Shown: positions 29,923 through 41,698 of the stretch, in pieces
How positions within the stretch are numbered: position 1 is the first letter of the stretch
How the letters are laid out: each line of letters opens with the position of its first letter
Assembly: GCF_009914755.1 (NCBI RefSeq)
Contig: NC_060927.1
Origin: the human T2T-CHM13v2.0 reference genome, Homo sapiens
Length of the DNA: 64,000 nucleotides
Strand: one strand, 5' to 3'
Position numbers and translations under genes: made by a program
The notes under the pieces: generated by a model
What the model was told of the DNA's origin: nothing
What the model saw: the letters and a program-made list of their open reading frames with translations, nothing else
Databases searched by the model: none

Positions 29923-30601
29923 AAAAAAAGATTAAAAAAAATATTGATACAAGTTCTTAGACTCTTCTAATTTTAAAATTTCATGCCACATTTTTCATAT
30001 TCATTCTCATGTTTTCTTAATATCTGGATTTCCTTCATTTTTTAAAGATTTTTCCTTAAAAAAACACAAAAAAAACGAATAAGATCACACATATATAATC
30101 TGGAGTTTTCAAAATGCTTTTGCATTTGGAAATAAGGATCATACATACATGTTGAGGAGTCTCTGAGTTATCCAGACAGATTCATAGCTGAGGTTAAAGT
30201 TTGCTAGAAAAATGTTGTATGTATTACTGACTTTCGTTTTGTATTTTAACATTATACCTACTAAATTATCAGCTTGAGCTGGGTCCTTTGAATCATGAAT
30301 ATGACAAATATTTGTACAAATATTGGGTAATAGTGCTTTTTAATCCAAACATACACCATGCTTCTTAAATTCCTGTCCTATTTATTGATTCAAAATGCAG
30401 TTAGAAAGAAGTGTCTGGTTTCCACAGTTAGATTATTTAACACTCACCAACATACTATTAGGATGGATAGAGCAACAGAATCTGCTTAAAACTTTTTGAA
30501 ATTGTGCAACAGAGGCAATCATTCTTCCTTTTCATTCCTGACTCCATCATGTAAGAGTTGTGCCAAATACTAAATAAAATGAGGAAAAGCAGAGGTTTCT
30601 A

Positions 30602-30681
30602 TTAGGTTGGTGCAAACATAATTGCGGTTTTTGCCATTAAAAGCAATGGCAAAAACCACAAGTACGTTTGCACCAACCTAA
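30602..30681. mobile_element. MADE1 (Hsmar1-derived 80-bp MITE)
   Basis: ttaggttggtgcaaa..tttttgccatt / 6-nt spacer / aatggcaaaaa..tttgcaccaacctaa; 37-bp TIRs; TA on the left flank only. Confidence 0.95.
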
Positions 30682-30758
30682 ACAGACGAAGATAAGAGTG
30701 TGGAGAATAAACTGTTTAGTAAGTAATCTTGTTTCATTTGAAATCAACATGGGGTCAC

Positions 30759-30934
30759 TAATCCAAATATATATATATATATATAATCCAAATATATATA
30801 TATATATATAATCCAAATATATATATATATATAATCCAAATATATATATATAATCCAAATATATATATATGATCCAAATATATATATATAAAATCCAAAT
30901 ATATATATATAATCCAAATATATATATATCCATA

Positions 30935-30972
<38 letters not shown>

Positions 30973-30973
30973 C
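30759..30973. repeat. Compound VNTR (ATCCAAA(TA)n) x8 followed by (TA)n and poly-T
   Basis: atccaaa at about 30761, 30788, 30811, 30834, 30853, 30872, 30893 and 30912 with variable TA spacers, then a degenerate atccata. Confidence 0.95.
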
Positions 30974-31929
30974 AAGTAGCATCTAGCTTAGTAAGGCTGA
31001 TGACCAGGAAACAATGTCAGTGCCAAGTACATGGTGTTGGGGGAGTATGAAGGAGTCATTCCTAACTAGTACTGAGGTATCAGCAAGAGGCTTCCTATAG
31101 GAAGAGAACTAAACTTGTCTATTATTTATGAGATAGAGTCTTCATCAGGTTATCTGCCTCTCTGAGCCTGACTCCTCACTTGTTACTTTTTTAAAGCCCC
31201 TCACAGGTCAAAGACTCCAAGATACTTGATGTAAACATTCACTAAATCTGTTCTCTCCATATTAATCATGCAATGCTTCATCCAGGTGTACAGATAGTAT
31301 GTCTGAGCAGACCGTGCTTCTAGGTTGAAATTTTGCTCTTATAGCAAGCATACCAAGTCTAGCTTCCTTCACCCTTTGCCTGTGGGCAGGAGTTGATCTC
31401 AGATGTCTGGACTTGGCTGTTGGCAGTCATTGCTGACCTCTCCCCAGACACAGTCCAGCTATACGCTGCAGTTGTGCCCCCATCATTGCAGCTTTCTCCT
31501 CTTGTGTTAAATCAATAGTTTATGACATCTACAAGGGAAAGCTGTAAATTTAATTTTGTCCCCTGCAGTGCAATTCCTATCTTGTTTGCTGGCAACATAA
31601 TGAATGTGTTTGCCCTCCAGACCCCCCACCTAGTGGAGCAATTGGAGGATAAAGAAAGAGAAAATAGCAAAGCGCAATGAGGTAGATAGATTAAAACTTG
31701 GTTAATCAGAAGCTTAGCTATAGATAGGCAGATGTCTGAACACAAACACACATACACACACACACACACTTCTTTTCAGAAATCCACCAAAGAGGAAATA
31801 ATAATTAAGGAAAATTTAGATCTATCTGTGCTTTGCAAATTAAGGATGGTCCAGATAGATTGTGTTTAATTATGAGAGAAATGTGAGCAGGGCAGGCTAG
31901 TCTTAATGGGTTAGTTTTTCTCTACCCCA

Positions 31930-32345
31930 CAGGCCTCATCTGCTGTCACTCCCCTCTTGTTCTTAATGCTACAAATATGCCAAACTTCTTATCACCAGGG
32001 GCCTGCATGGCTGAGCCCTGGAATATCTCTCCCTGGTTCTCTGCATAATTGGCTTCTTCTCATCTTAGAGTTCTCAGTTCCCTTCCCACCCCATCCAGGG
32101 TATCCTGATCCCTTTAGCTCTGTTGCATAATCTCTAAAGCCCTTATTACCATCTAAAAACATCATATGTGTGTGTATGTGTGTATTTCCTTGTTCTTTAT
32201 ATGTTCATATGTTTGTTGCAATAGAGAATGCTAATTGTGGTGGGCCAGGGAACTTGTCTATTTTATCCCCTATTCAGCCCCAGTGATTACCATAATACCT
32301 GTCATGTCATTGCTCAATTACATGCTGAATCAATGAATGAATGAT
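31930..32345 (+). mobile_element. L2a 3' end
   Basis: ggcttcttctcatc..cagggaacttgtctatttt..gctcaattacatgctgaatcaatgaatgaatga. Confidence 0.75.
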
Positions 32346-32440
32346 TGATGTAGTAGTAAATACTCAGAAAGAAAAACTTTCAGCAGCCTTCTGCCATTGG
32401 AACAATACCCCAATTTATCTCCTCACAACTGCTCTCTCTC

Positions 32441-32678
32441 TAGCACTTGCCATGTGCCAGGCACAGTTCTAAGTGCTTTGCATACTAAGATATTTAGTCC
32501 TTACACAAAATTAAGGAGCCAGGTACTATTATGATTCCTATTTTTTAGATGAGGAAACTGAGGCACAGAGATCTTCAGTGACTTGTCTGTATCCACAAAA
32601 TTACAAGTGGCAGAACTAACAAGTGGACCCAGGCAGTCTGGCTCCACAGTCTATGCTCCTAGGAACTATGCTATACTG
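32441..32678 (-). mobile_element. MIR SINE
   Basis: atgtgccaggcacagttctaagtgctttgcat..agatgaggaaactgaggcacagaga..acccaggcagtctggctcca. Confidence 0.9.
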
Positions 32679-32973
32679 GCTTTCAATTTGCAGCATTGTT
32701 ATAAGCAACTGCAGGCATTCAGCACTGAAACAACGATAACACCATTTTGTTATGCCTGTGAGTGTGTGTCTGTGTATATATGCATGTATATATGTACATA
32801 TATATGTATGCATTTTTTATAATTGCATTGGACCATAGGCTTCAAAAATATATAGTCATTGTATCCAGAAAAAAATCTAGTATATACATTTAGAATCCAT
32901 TTGCAGAATTTTATGACCTGATGTCACATCATCAAACCTATCCAGCTCACAACTTTTAAATCTAAAATTTTTA

Positions 32974-33288
<315 letters not shown>

Positions 33289-33300
33289 CTAAAATTTTTA

Positions 33301-33527
33301 ATTTTTTTAAATTTTAATAGTTTTTTGGGTACAGGAGGTTTTTGGCTACATGGATAAGCTCTTTAGTGGTGAGATGTCAGTGCACCTGTCACCCAAGCAG
33401 TGTACACTGTACCCAATATGTAGTCTTTTTGCCCTTATCCCCCCTCCAACCTTCCCAGCTAGAGTCCCCAAAGTCCATTATATCATTCTTATGCTTTTGC
33501 ATCTTCATATCTAGCTCACAATTTATG
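33301..33527 (-). mobile_element. L1PB 3' end
   Basis: ttttgggtacaggaggtttttggctacatggataagctctttagtggtga..gagtccccaaagtccattatatcattcttatgc. Confidence 0.88.
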
Positions 33528-33719
33528 TAGTTGTACTGCACATGAGTGAAGACATATTTCTTCATAGTATTATTTGGACTGAGAGGTTATTACACAAATC
33601 CACTCATCCAAAAGGATAGAAGAAAAGATGTGACTATGTAAACACAATGAAGTTGAATTGAAATGAGAAAGGATACAGGATCTCATAAAGAGTGTAGCTG
33701 GCCTTTCTATCTGATCTAT

Positions 33720-33910
33720 ATACATCTCTCTGATTGTCTATCTATCCATCCATTTATCCATCCATCTGTTCATTCTTCCACGCTTCTATCCATTTATCTG
33801 TCCTTCCATCCATCTATTGAATTCTTGTCATGGACCAATTACTATATAAGTGATGTAAGTAGAGAATATAAGCAGTAATCAAGGCAGATACTGCCTCTGC
33901 CCTCATGGAG
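33720..33910 (-). mobile_element. Degenerate (TCCA/TCTA)n simple repeat running into an L2 3' end
   Basis: atccatccatttatccatccatc..ctattgaattc..cctctgccctcatggag. Confidence 0.6.
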
Positions 33911-35124
33911 AAACATTTTGGCATATGCTATTCTCAACACCTCTCAGCCCACACCCCTTATATACAACATACTATGTATAATAATGTAGGGTTATTATGT
34001 ACTGCCAATTCAAAAACAGGGCAGAGATAAATCTGTGTGTGAATATGAAGACTGAAAGCTGAGCAGGAACAGAGGCACAGCCATCAAAAGGAGAAGCACT
34101 GGGCAAGGGGTAAAAGAGCAGTGAGAGTAAAGTAGCAAGTACTGAGCCAGGGGATGAAAGAAAAGGAAGGGGCCCATGGAAGAGTAGAATTGAAGAAGGA
34201 AAACCAACTCTGTCCCAACAGACTCAGCAGGTTGAGCCCATATTCCTAGGATAAGCAGAACTATCCATCTTAAAGTATTTTTTAAAAAATATTTCAAGAT
34301 ATATTGGTGGAAATAAACAAGTTATTCAAATTGTTCCTTTTTCTAAATAATACAAAGAACTCCACCAGCCCATCACCACTGTGTTTGATTTGGGAAAGAT
34401 ATCTTGAAAGCTTTTATTATTATTATTATTTTTTTACTGACCAATGGATCTGTCAGGTATAAGAGATGATATCCCTGGAGGGGAGCTCTCTCTGTGCCAT
34501 GGTGGGAGGCAGAACTATAGCTGCATTTCCTGAGAATCAAAGAACATTCATTTACATTTGAAACAAGAGAGAAAAAAAAACCCATCATTTTATTGTCAGT
34601 TTTGTTCCAATCAATCCACCCCTTGTCATGATTGCCAAGTTGTCCTTTGATAGAAATTCATCCCAGAGATAAGACATAAAATTTTAATGAGATTATTTTG
34701 ATGTTTACAACCTCTAAGAATGTCCCCCAAAAGTCTTGTGGAGAAAGGCATTTCCTTCTGCTTTTTCTCAGCATATATCTGCTTCCTAACTTATGGAGTT
34801 CTGACACAAATTGATTGGAATACCCCTGGCTATGCAATAGGTGTTTGCTCCCATGGTGTGAGGTGACAGGGTGCAGGGCAGCCTCAATGACCCGAACATC
34901 TTCCCCACTGATGCCAACAATTCCACCATTAGTGATTAATGCTTAGGATAAATCAAGGAGCTATTATGGATTAGATATTGGTAGGTACCAGTTTTTAATT
35001 TAATTCCCCCAAAGCACAGTACAGTTCATTATATATTTCTAAACACTAAATCTAACTCTGCTATCTTACCATTGTCCTTTTTTAAAATGAATACTATTTT
35101 GAGAGAGATAGAGATATAAACCAG

Positions 35125-35424
35125 GGCTAGGCACATGCCTGTAATACCAGTACCCTGGGAGGCTGAGGCAGGAGGATCATTTGAGGCCAGAATTTTCAGA
35201 TCACCCTGGGCAACACAGCAAGACACGGTTTTCACAAAAAATTTAAAAAACAATTAACTGCATGTGATGGCACATGGCTGTAGTCCTAGCTACTTGGGAA
35301 GCTGAGGTGGGAGGATCCCTTGAGCCCAGGAGTTCCATTTACAGGGAGCTATGATCACGCCACTCCATTCCAGCCTGAGTGACAGATTGAGACCCTGTCT
35401 CTCACGATAATAGATAAATAAATA
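35125..35424 (+). mobile_element. AluJ
   Basis: Dimeric Alu with J diagnostics (ggaggatcccttgagcccaggagtt, gagctatgatc, gaccctgtctc). Confidence 0.92.
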
Positions 35425-36714
35425 GCTCTGCTCTCTACTGTTGGGAGTCAGGATAAGGCATATGGGGGGAAAAAAAGCAAGGAACACCAAAACTTAAATT
35501 GCTTTTCTCCCAAAATGGCTGTAGTGAATCTAGAAGTGGAACAGTTGTGCTTGAGGACCTGTTTCTGTTTTCTAGTTCACATCCTGACCAGAGAAAAAAG
35601 TGGGAAGATAGGCTTAGGAAAGGGATGAGCACATGTGCTAAGGTATCCATCATAGGTTAAGCTTCCAGAGCCTGCTTCCCTCCCATTCACATTCTTCTTC
35701 CTTTCTTCTTCACATTATGAAGGATGTAGCAGTGAACAATACACAGCCCTACGACTGTGTTCAGAAGGTCCAAAGCCCAGCAATGCCAACAGAACAATCC
35801 CCATTCCTCACAGAGAAAGCCATCACTGTTTGTAAGGCAGGCCTTCTAAAAATTAAGCTCATTTTATAAATTCTTCATTTTAAAGCCACACCCTCCAAAG
35901 ACAACCTTATTTTCTTAAATTCATTTCATTCTTTGTAGAAACAGAAGAATTATTGAATTTTTCAGCTGGGAGTATTTCTTAAATCTAATTGACTTTTCTC
36001 GCCACTCATGCTGTTGATTACTGACAGCGGGTCTTGTGAAAATTGAGTCATTCATTTTTGATGCCTACCATTCAGGAAACTTTTAAAACAAGTGGGCATG
36101 AGTGTGAGAAAGGCCTGTGACTCTTGTTACAGGCTGTAAACACCAGTGATGGGCACTAACAATTTCCAGCGAATTAACGAGCTTAAACCTCACCTATGAT
36201 AAATCATAATCATACACCCAGCTAGCTTTCTTGATAATTATTAATCTATATATTGTGCTTGTCTGTGTACTTTGCTTTAGTGTTTAGATTTTTAAGATGC
36301 CAACATTTTTTTAAGTTGCTCTTCAATAAGGCAATGTGGTACAAGCCTCTATGTATAAGATTAGACATAACTAAATAAAATTCAATTTGGAAATTTTTTT
36401 CCAATCTGCATACAAAGCAAGAAAAAAGTAACGAAGAAGTCACAATGCCTATCAATTGCCTTGGCTTGTTTTATAAGCCAATCGGAGGAAGCCAGTATTT
36501 TTTATTTAATCTAATTGCTTAGTGGCATAAGATAGCAGAATATATATAATGTACTCGCTTTGTGGCTACTCTGTGAAAATTTAACAACTGAAAACATCCA
36601 GATTTTATAATTACCTTTCATATTATAAGAAGTAAAATTTGTTTTGTATAACAGGCACTGGATAAAAAAGTTATTATTATGAGATTATGTTTATAATTGG
36701 GAAAATAGACATAG

Positions 36715-36930
36715 TTGTGGAGAGTGTTTAAGAACATGTGTTATAAGAGCTAGCATACCAGCCTCTGACATTACTTGCTATACGATTGTGGCGAATTAGT
36801 TAACTTTTCTAACCCTCAGTCTGGAAAGGGGTATAATAACAACGATTTTAGGTTGGAAGGTTATATAAGACACTACATGTAGCACACCTGCTATGTGAGA
36901 AGCAGTGAAATTAGCATTCAATATATTAAT
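36715..36930 (+). mobile_element. MIR SINE (degraded)
   Basis: gtttaagaacatg..tagttaacttttctaaccctcagt..ggggtataataac. Confidence 0.6.
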
Positions 36931-36939
36931 AACTACTTG

Positions 36940-37620
36940 GATGATTTTGGCTATAAAAGAAGAGAACATCCTGACTCAAACTGATTTACACAATGAAGAC
37001 TTTTATTATCTCACATAATAAGAGGTACACAAGTTGGGCAGGCTCCAGGGTTGTGTGTCTGACCATTACTTTGCTGTCTCTGTGGTTCCTGGCTCTTCTT
37101 TCTCTATGTTCGTTCAATCCTGAGGTGCAAGAAAACCGAGAAATTTTCAACAGTTTATTTTTCTCATATCTCATGGACAAGAATTGGGTTGTATGCAGGT
37201 TAATATAGTGCTAAAAGCATGAAAACTGGAATAAGATGACTTGAGTTTGAATTCCAGCATTGTGCATCAGAACTATTTAACTTTGGGCTTTGCTTTATTT
37301 CTCTGTGCTTCAAATTCCTTATCTATAAATGGAGGTCATAATATTGCATTCCACATTGGATTGTTGTGATGATTACATGGGTTAATACAAATCATGTGCT
37401 TAGAACAGTAGCTGGCACATAGAAAATGTTTAACAAGCATTTGATTTTTACATTCTATACCAATTGCTGAGAAGGGGAATAGGATTACTATTATTGGTTT
37501 GAATTAATAAGACTATATTAGCTAGAGATGAGATCACATTTCATTGAATCATGCAGGAATATAGAAACCTCACAACAAAATTGAGTTATATTAAATAGAA
37601 AACCAAGTCTGATCACTACA
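36940..37620 (-). mobile_element. Old MLT1-family LTR fragments flanking a MIR
   Basis: cctgactcaaactgattta..ttattatctcacataataagag..ggcaggctccagggttg, and later aggggaataggattac..caaaattgag. Confidence 0.5.
37203..37445 (+). mobile_element. MIR SINE
   Basis: tgagtttgaattccagc..tctctgtgcttcaaattccttatctataaatgg..gcttagaacagtagctggcacatag. Confidence 0.85.
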
Positions 37621-38164
37621 CTCAAAGTATTATCACTCTTACTACTGCTCCTATTATCTTAATACCATCATCATGTTACCTCCACAAATAACAATCAAAT
37701 GACAGAACAACTGTAGGTGGCCCTACCTGATTTTTTTAAATCTGATAATCTGAACCATGAACATATTTTTGCCAGCAAGTATTTGGGCAAATAAAAGCAC
37801 AACTTCTTATCACCCATAATATCAATAAAATAGGATTTTATTTTGGCCTTGAGTCATCTCTAAATCCAAAGAATCCAGAATCTCTGGGCCCTTCTGTCCT
37901 CTGAGAAGCCATCATCCATGGGACCCTAGTAAGGTGAAGTTTTGACAAAAGGAAACTATAAGAGATTGGAGTATAAGGAGCAGGTGGAGAAGAGAGGATC
38001 AACTTTTAGACAGGAGCAAAAGAGACCATTTATTTATCTCTATCTCTTTGGAGTTCAAACAGTGACCAGTTCATTGTGGTTCCTCAAAAAATGACTGATC
38101 GATAAAAGGAAGACTGAATAGGCATGCATGGATCCTTCATGGGGTGAGCATCCATTCACTCAAA

Positions 38165-38285
38165 AACTTTTTATTTACATACAATAAAATTACTTATTTT
38201 AGTGCACAATTTTATTGGTTTTGATGAATGCACAGTCATGTAACCACCAACACTATAAAAACAGAATAGTTTTATTGACCTTCTT
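38165..38285 (-). mobile_element. Old L1M (L1ME/L1MD-type) 3' end fragment
   Basis: tttacatacaataaaat..ttttgatgaatgcacagtcatgtaaccacca. Confidence 0.6.
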
Positions 38286-38799
38286 CCAAAAGGTTAAATA
38301 AATAAATAAATTTATGTATTTAATAAATATCAATTGAGCTTCTAGATCATGTCAGGTACTGAGTAAGTGTCTATGTACAGATTAATGATTAAAAAAATGA
38401 CTGCTGGCCATGCGCCAATTACAGATAATAGTTTATATGTAGTTTATATGTTCACAACCGTCTATAATCTGACAGCAAAAAGGGTTAAAATTTTACCAGA
38501 GAATTGGTAAGAAGTAAAACTGGATCAATTTCATTATTTTAAGGCTTTCCTTTTTTTTTTTTTTACTTGAAAGCTGTTAAGTTCTTTTACCGTAATTGTC
38601 AGTGTCTCTTACTTCTTCTGGGGTTGAGAATATCTATAGACGCTCAATATAAATATCTGGAATTTGTTACTGGGGCTTCCCCAACAACTAATATTTTTTG
38701 CTTTAGCTTGTGATAGAGCATAAAAAATGCAGTAGGGACAAAGGCAACTTCAAACCTAGATTTAAGAGCATTTGAAAACTCCCAAGAAAGATGGTAGCA

Positions 38800-38965
38800 A
38801 TGTTGTTGAGAGGATAAGGGATAGAAATATAAGCACCTAGTTTCTCTCAATTCTTCTCTCAAGAAGGACTGCTTTCAGAATCATGTTGTTGAGAGGATGT
38901 GGGATAGAAATATAAGCACCTAATTTCTCTCAATTCTTCTCTCAAGAAGGACTGCTTTCAGAATC
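38800..38965 (+). repeat. Tandem duplication, 2 x 83 bp
   Basis: 38800-38882 versus 38883-38965; 80/83 identical. Confidence 0.97.
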
Positions 38966-40799
38966 ATTAGTGTAATGGATGTTTAGTGTCATGATTCAAG
39001 TTTTGCTTGATAACCTAAAGGTAAGGGTTGGTTCACTTATACTGGCATTGTTGAGTGAAGTGTTTCTTTCCCCTCTTCATGACAGGAAACATAACAGTTT
39101 CCACATCGACAATGGCTACTGGGAAAGAGGATGGGAAATGATAGAATGAGAGAAAAAAAAGAGTCCCACCTTCTCAAATAAAACACAGAGCTGAGTAAAT
39201 TGTAAATAGTGCTATCCACTAAATTCTCAAAAATCTTAAGATCGACTTATTTCAACATACATGAATGTTATGATAACTAAAAGAACAAGGTTAGTGTTCT
39301 TCCTATGGTCAAAGTCCTTTATGGTTATGGGTAACTTGCACATCCCTGCAATCTTAGCACAAAAATGGAGCTGAGTACAGAACTGTCATTCAATAAATGT
39401 TGGATGAATAAGTGACAAAAAAGGAGGCAGGTTAGCTGTCCTGGATGCAAGCATGGGCCTCTTGTAACAAAGCAGACCTCTATTTGGGTAAATCCCACTA
39501 CATTTGTTTTAATTGCTTCATCTAAATGTTGGTGCAACAGAATATGATATAGACCATGGCCTTTTCAGTTTGCCAATTAAACGGCTGAACACTGACCAAC
39601 TTGGGGATAACAAAGATCCATTAGAAAAACACTAATAGTAACTCTAGAATTTATAATCCAGTGGCAAATGCCCACTAATAATTCAGGAGTTAAAAAATGT
39701 GTAAATCATTTTCTGTCACCTTCTGTTACCACTTTCTTTATAGTAGGGATAGGACCATTAAAAATGGAAAATATATGTGTGCAAACCTATACACATACTA
39801 GGTTTCTATTATGTGTATAATACTGCTTTGGCATTAAATATTTTGAAACCCCAGAAATTTGAATCAGTGGAATATAGAAGAATTACAAAGGCAAGTGCTT
39901 TAATTGAAGATAAGCGAGAGCATATTTAACATTTTATGTCCTGCCATAATAGAAGAAATAGAAGAAGAGGGGAAAACATTTTTTTTTTTTTTTGTTAGCA
40001 ATTGGGAAAGCAATCTCCAGTTTCTCTTGCCTTCTTCCTCTTCTTCCATCTCTCCTTGTTCCGAAGATGCATTTCACACAGTTACCATTGTTATTGGACA
40101 ATCTATTTCCTATCCCTTTTGAAAAAGTATCCAGCACTTTGATTAAACAGCTTTTGGTCCTCACATTCCTGTACTTTTCAACTCTGACAGTTTAATTTCC
40201 AGACTCAGAACTTCTCCAAATCAGAAAATGCCAGATTTGTGCATTGTCACAGGTAAAAATCAAAGCAGCCTCATTTATTTCCAAAGGCTGTTTAGCTGCC
40301 TTTGGACATTTTTAATATTATGACCCAAAAGATTATTTCTATAGCTTATAGCTGCAGTATGAGCTGCCACTGCAATTAGTTCTTATAAACTTCCCAAGAC
40401 AACAATAACAACCAACACTGTTATGACTATTGATAATGACACCTTGCTTTTTTATGGTGCCTTTTATGTGAGCTGATCCCAAAATATTCTGCAAGCCATA
40501 TTCTTGGGTATCACTTCACCCATCTTTGGGAAGCAGCCGCCATAGGGTAATAAGTAATAGCTGTTTAACACAGCACTGGCCTACCAAACACCACATTAAG
40601 ACTATTATTCTCTCTTGAAATCTCGAAACAGATATTATAAAAATAGCAATCATAATAGCTATGTCTTTTATTGTGCTCATTCTTTTGGCCTACTCATGGA
40701 CCAGAGGCATTTTTCAGTAAAGAAAACTGATAACTTCGCTAAAAAGCACCCAAAGAATTAGCCTATAAAACTACTGCTCATCAAATCTAGCCATATTTT

Positions 40800-41330
40800 A
40801 TATTTGTCCCTTCTCCTTCACTTCAACCAGAAGACTAAGCAACTTATTACCTCATAGGGTGATTTTTGTGACCGTCTTTCAGCTGACTTTCTTATCGCTG
40901 TGCTCTTCCTCTCTACATAGCTAAGTCCATCTCACAAAACAATACTCACTCAATCCAAATCATGGACAGTGACTCTCTGCTGTCTACCACATCATATACA
41001 AACTCCATCAATTTCCCTTCAAAATCACCCACCATTTAGCCTATCCACCACTCTCTTTTCCATCCTTGTCTTTGAACCTGGCTATATGTGTGACCCTTTG
41101 CTTCAGTTCATTTCCTATCGCCTGTCCTTATTCTTTTGTGTCTCACTTTTGTGCACTGGCTTATGCCGACTTCTCCACTATCCACCTTCTCAAATGTCTC
41201 CTCCATCAATATGAGGACAAGTCTAAACTGTAAGAATTCTTCTTTAATAAATATATTCACCACTGGAATTGTTCTTTAACTTACATGAAGAGCCTTTACT
41301 CACAGTATATAACACTCATCCTGAGACAGC
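40800..41330 (+). mobile_element. L2 fragment
   Basis: Pyrimidine-rich L2 body: aatccaaatcatggacagtgactctctgc..atatcaaactcc. Confidence 0.5.
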
Positions 41331-41450
41331 TAGGTTTATTGTTCTTTAGTTATTTTTTAGGTTAAACTATTCAAAATATTTTTTTAGACTATTCTCTGCA
41401 AGGCCAAGGGTTTGCTTGCTTTCTTCTTTTTCTTTCTTTGGGAAATAAAC

Positions 41451-41698
41451 TTTTTCATTTTTAAAAATTCTTAAATTGACATATAATAGTTGTACATATT
41501 TATGATACATATAATGTATAGTGATCAGATCAATGTAATTAGCAAGTCCATTATCTCAAATATTTATTATTTCTTTGTGTTGGGAACAGTCAATATCCTC
41601 CTTCCAGCTATTTGAAACAATGGAATATATTATTGTTAACTATAGTCGTCCTACAATGGTATAGAACACTATAACTTATTTGTCCTATCTAGTTGTAT
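41451..41698 (-). mobile_element. L1MA (MA4-MA7 type) 3' end
   Basis: attgacatataatagttgtacatatttatg..gtgatcagatc..ttctttgtgttgggaaca..atagaacacta. Confidence 0.85.

Noticed and set aside
30637-30982. Ile/Tyr-rich ORFs and a CRISPR-like repeat-spacer appearance
   Set aside because: They are translations of the TA-rich VNTR. The spacers are TA runs rather than unique sequence, there are no cas genes, and the DNA is eukaryotic.
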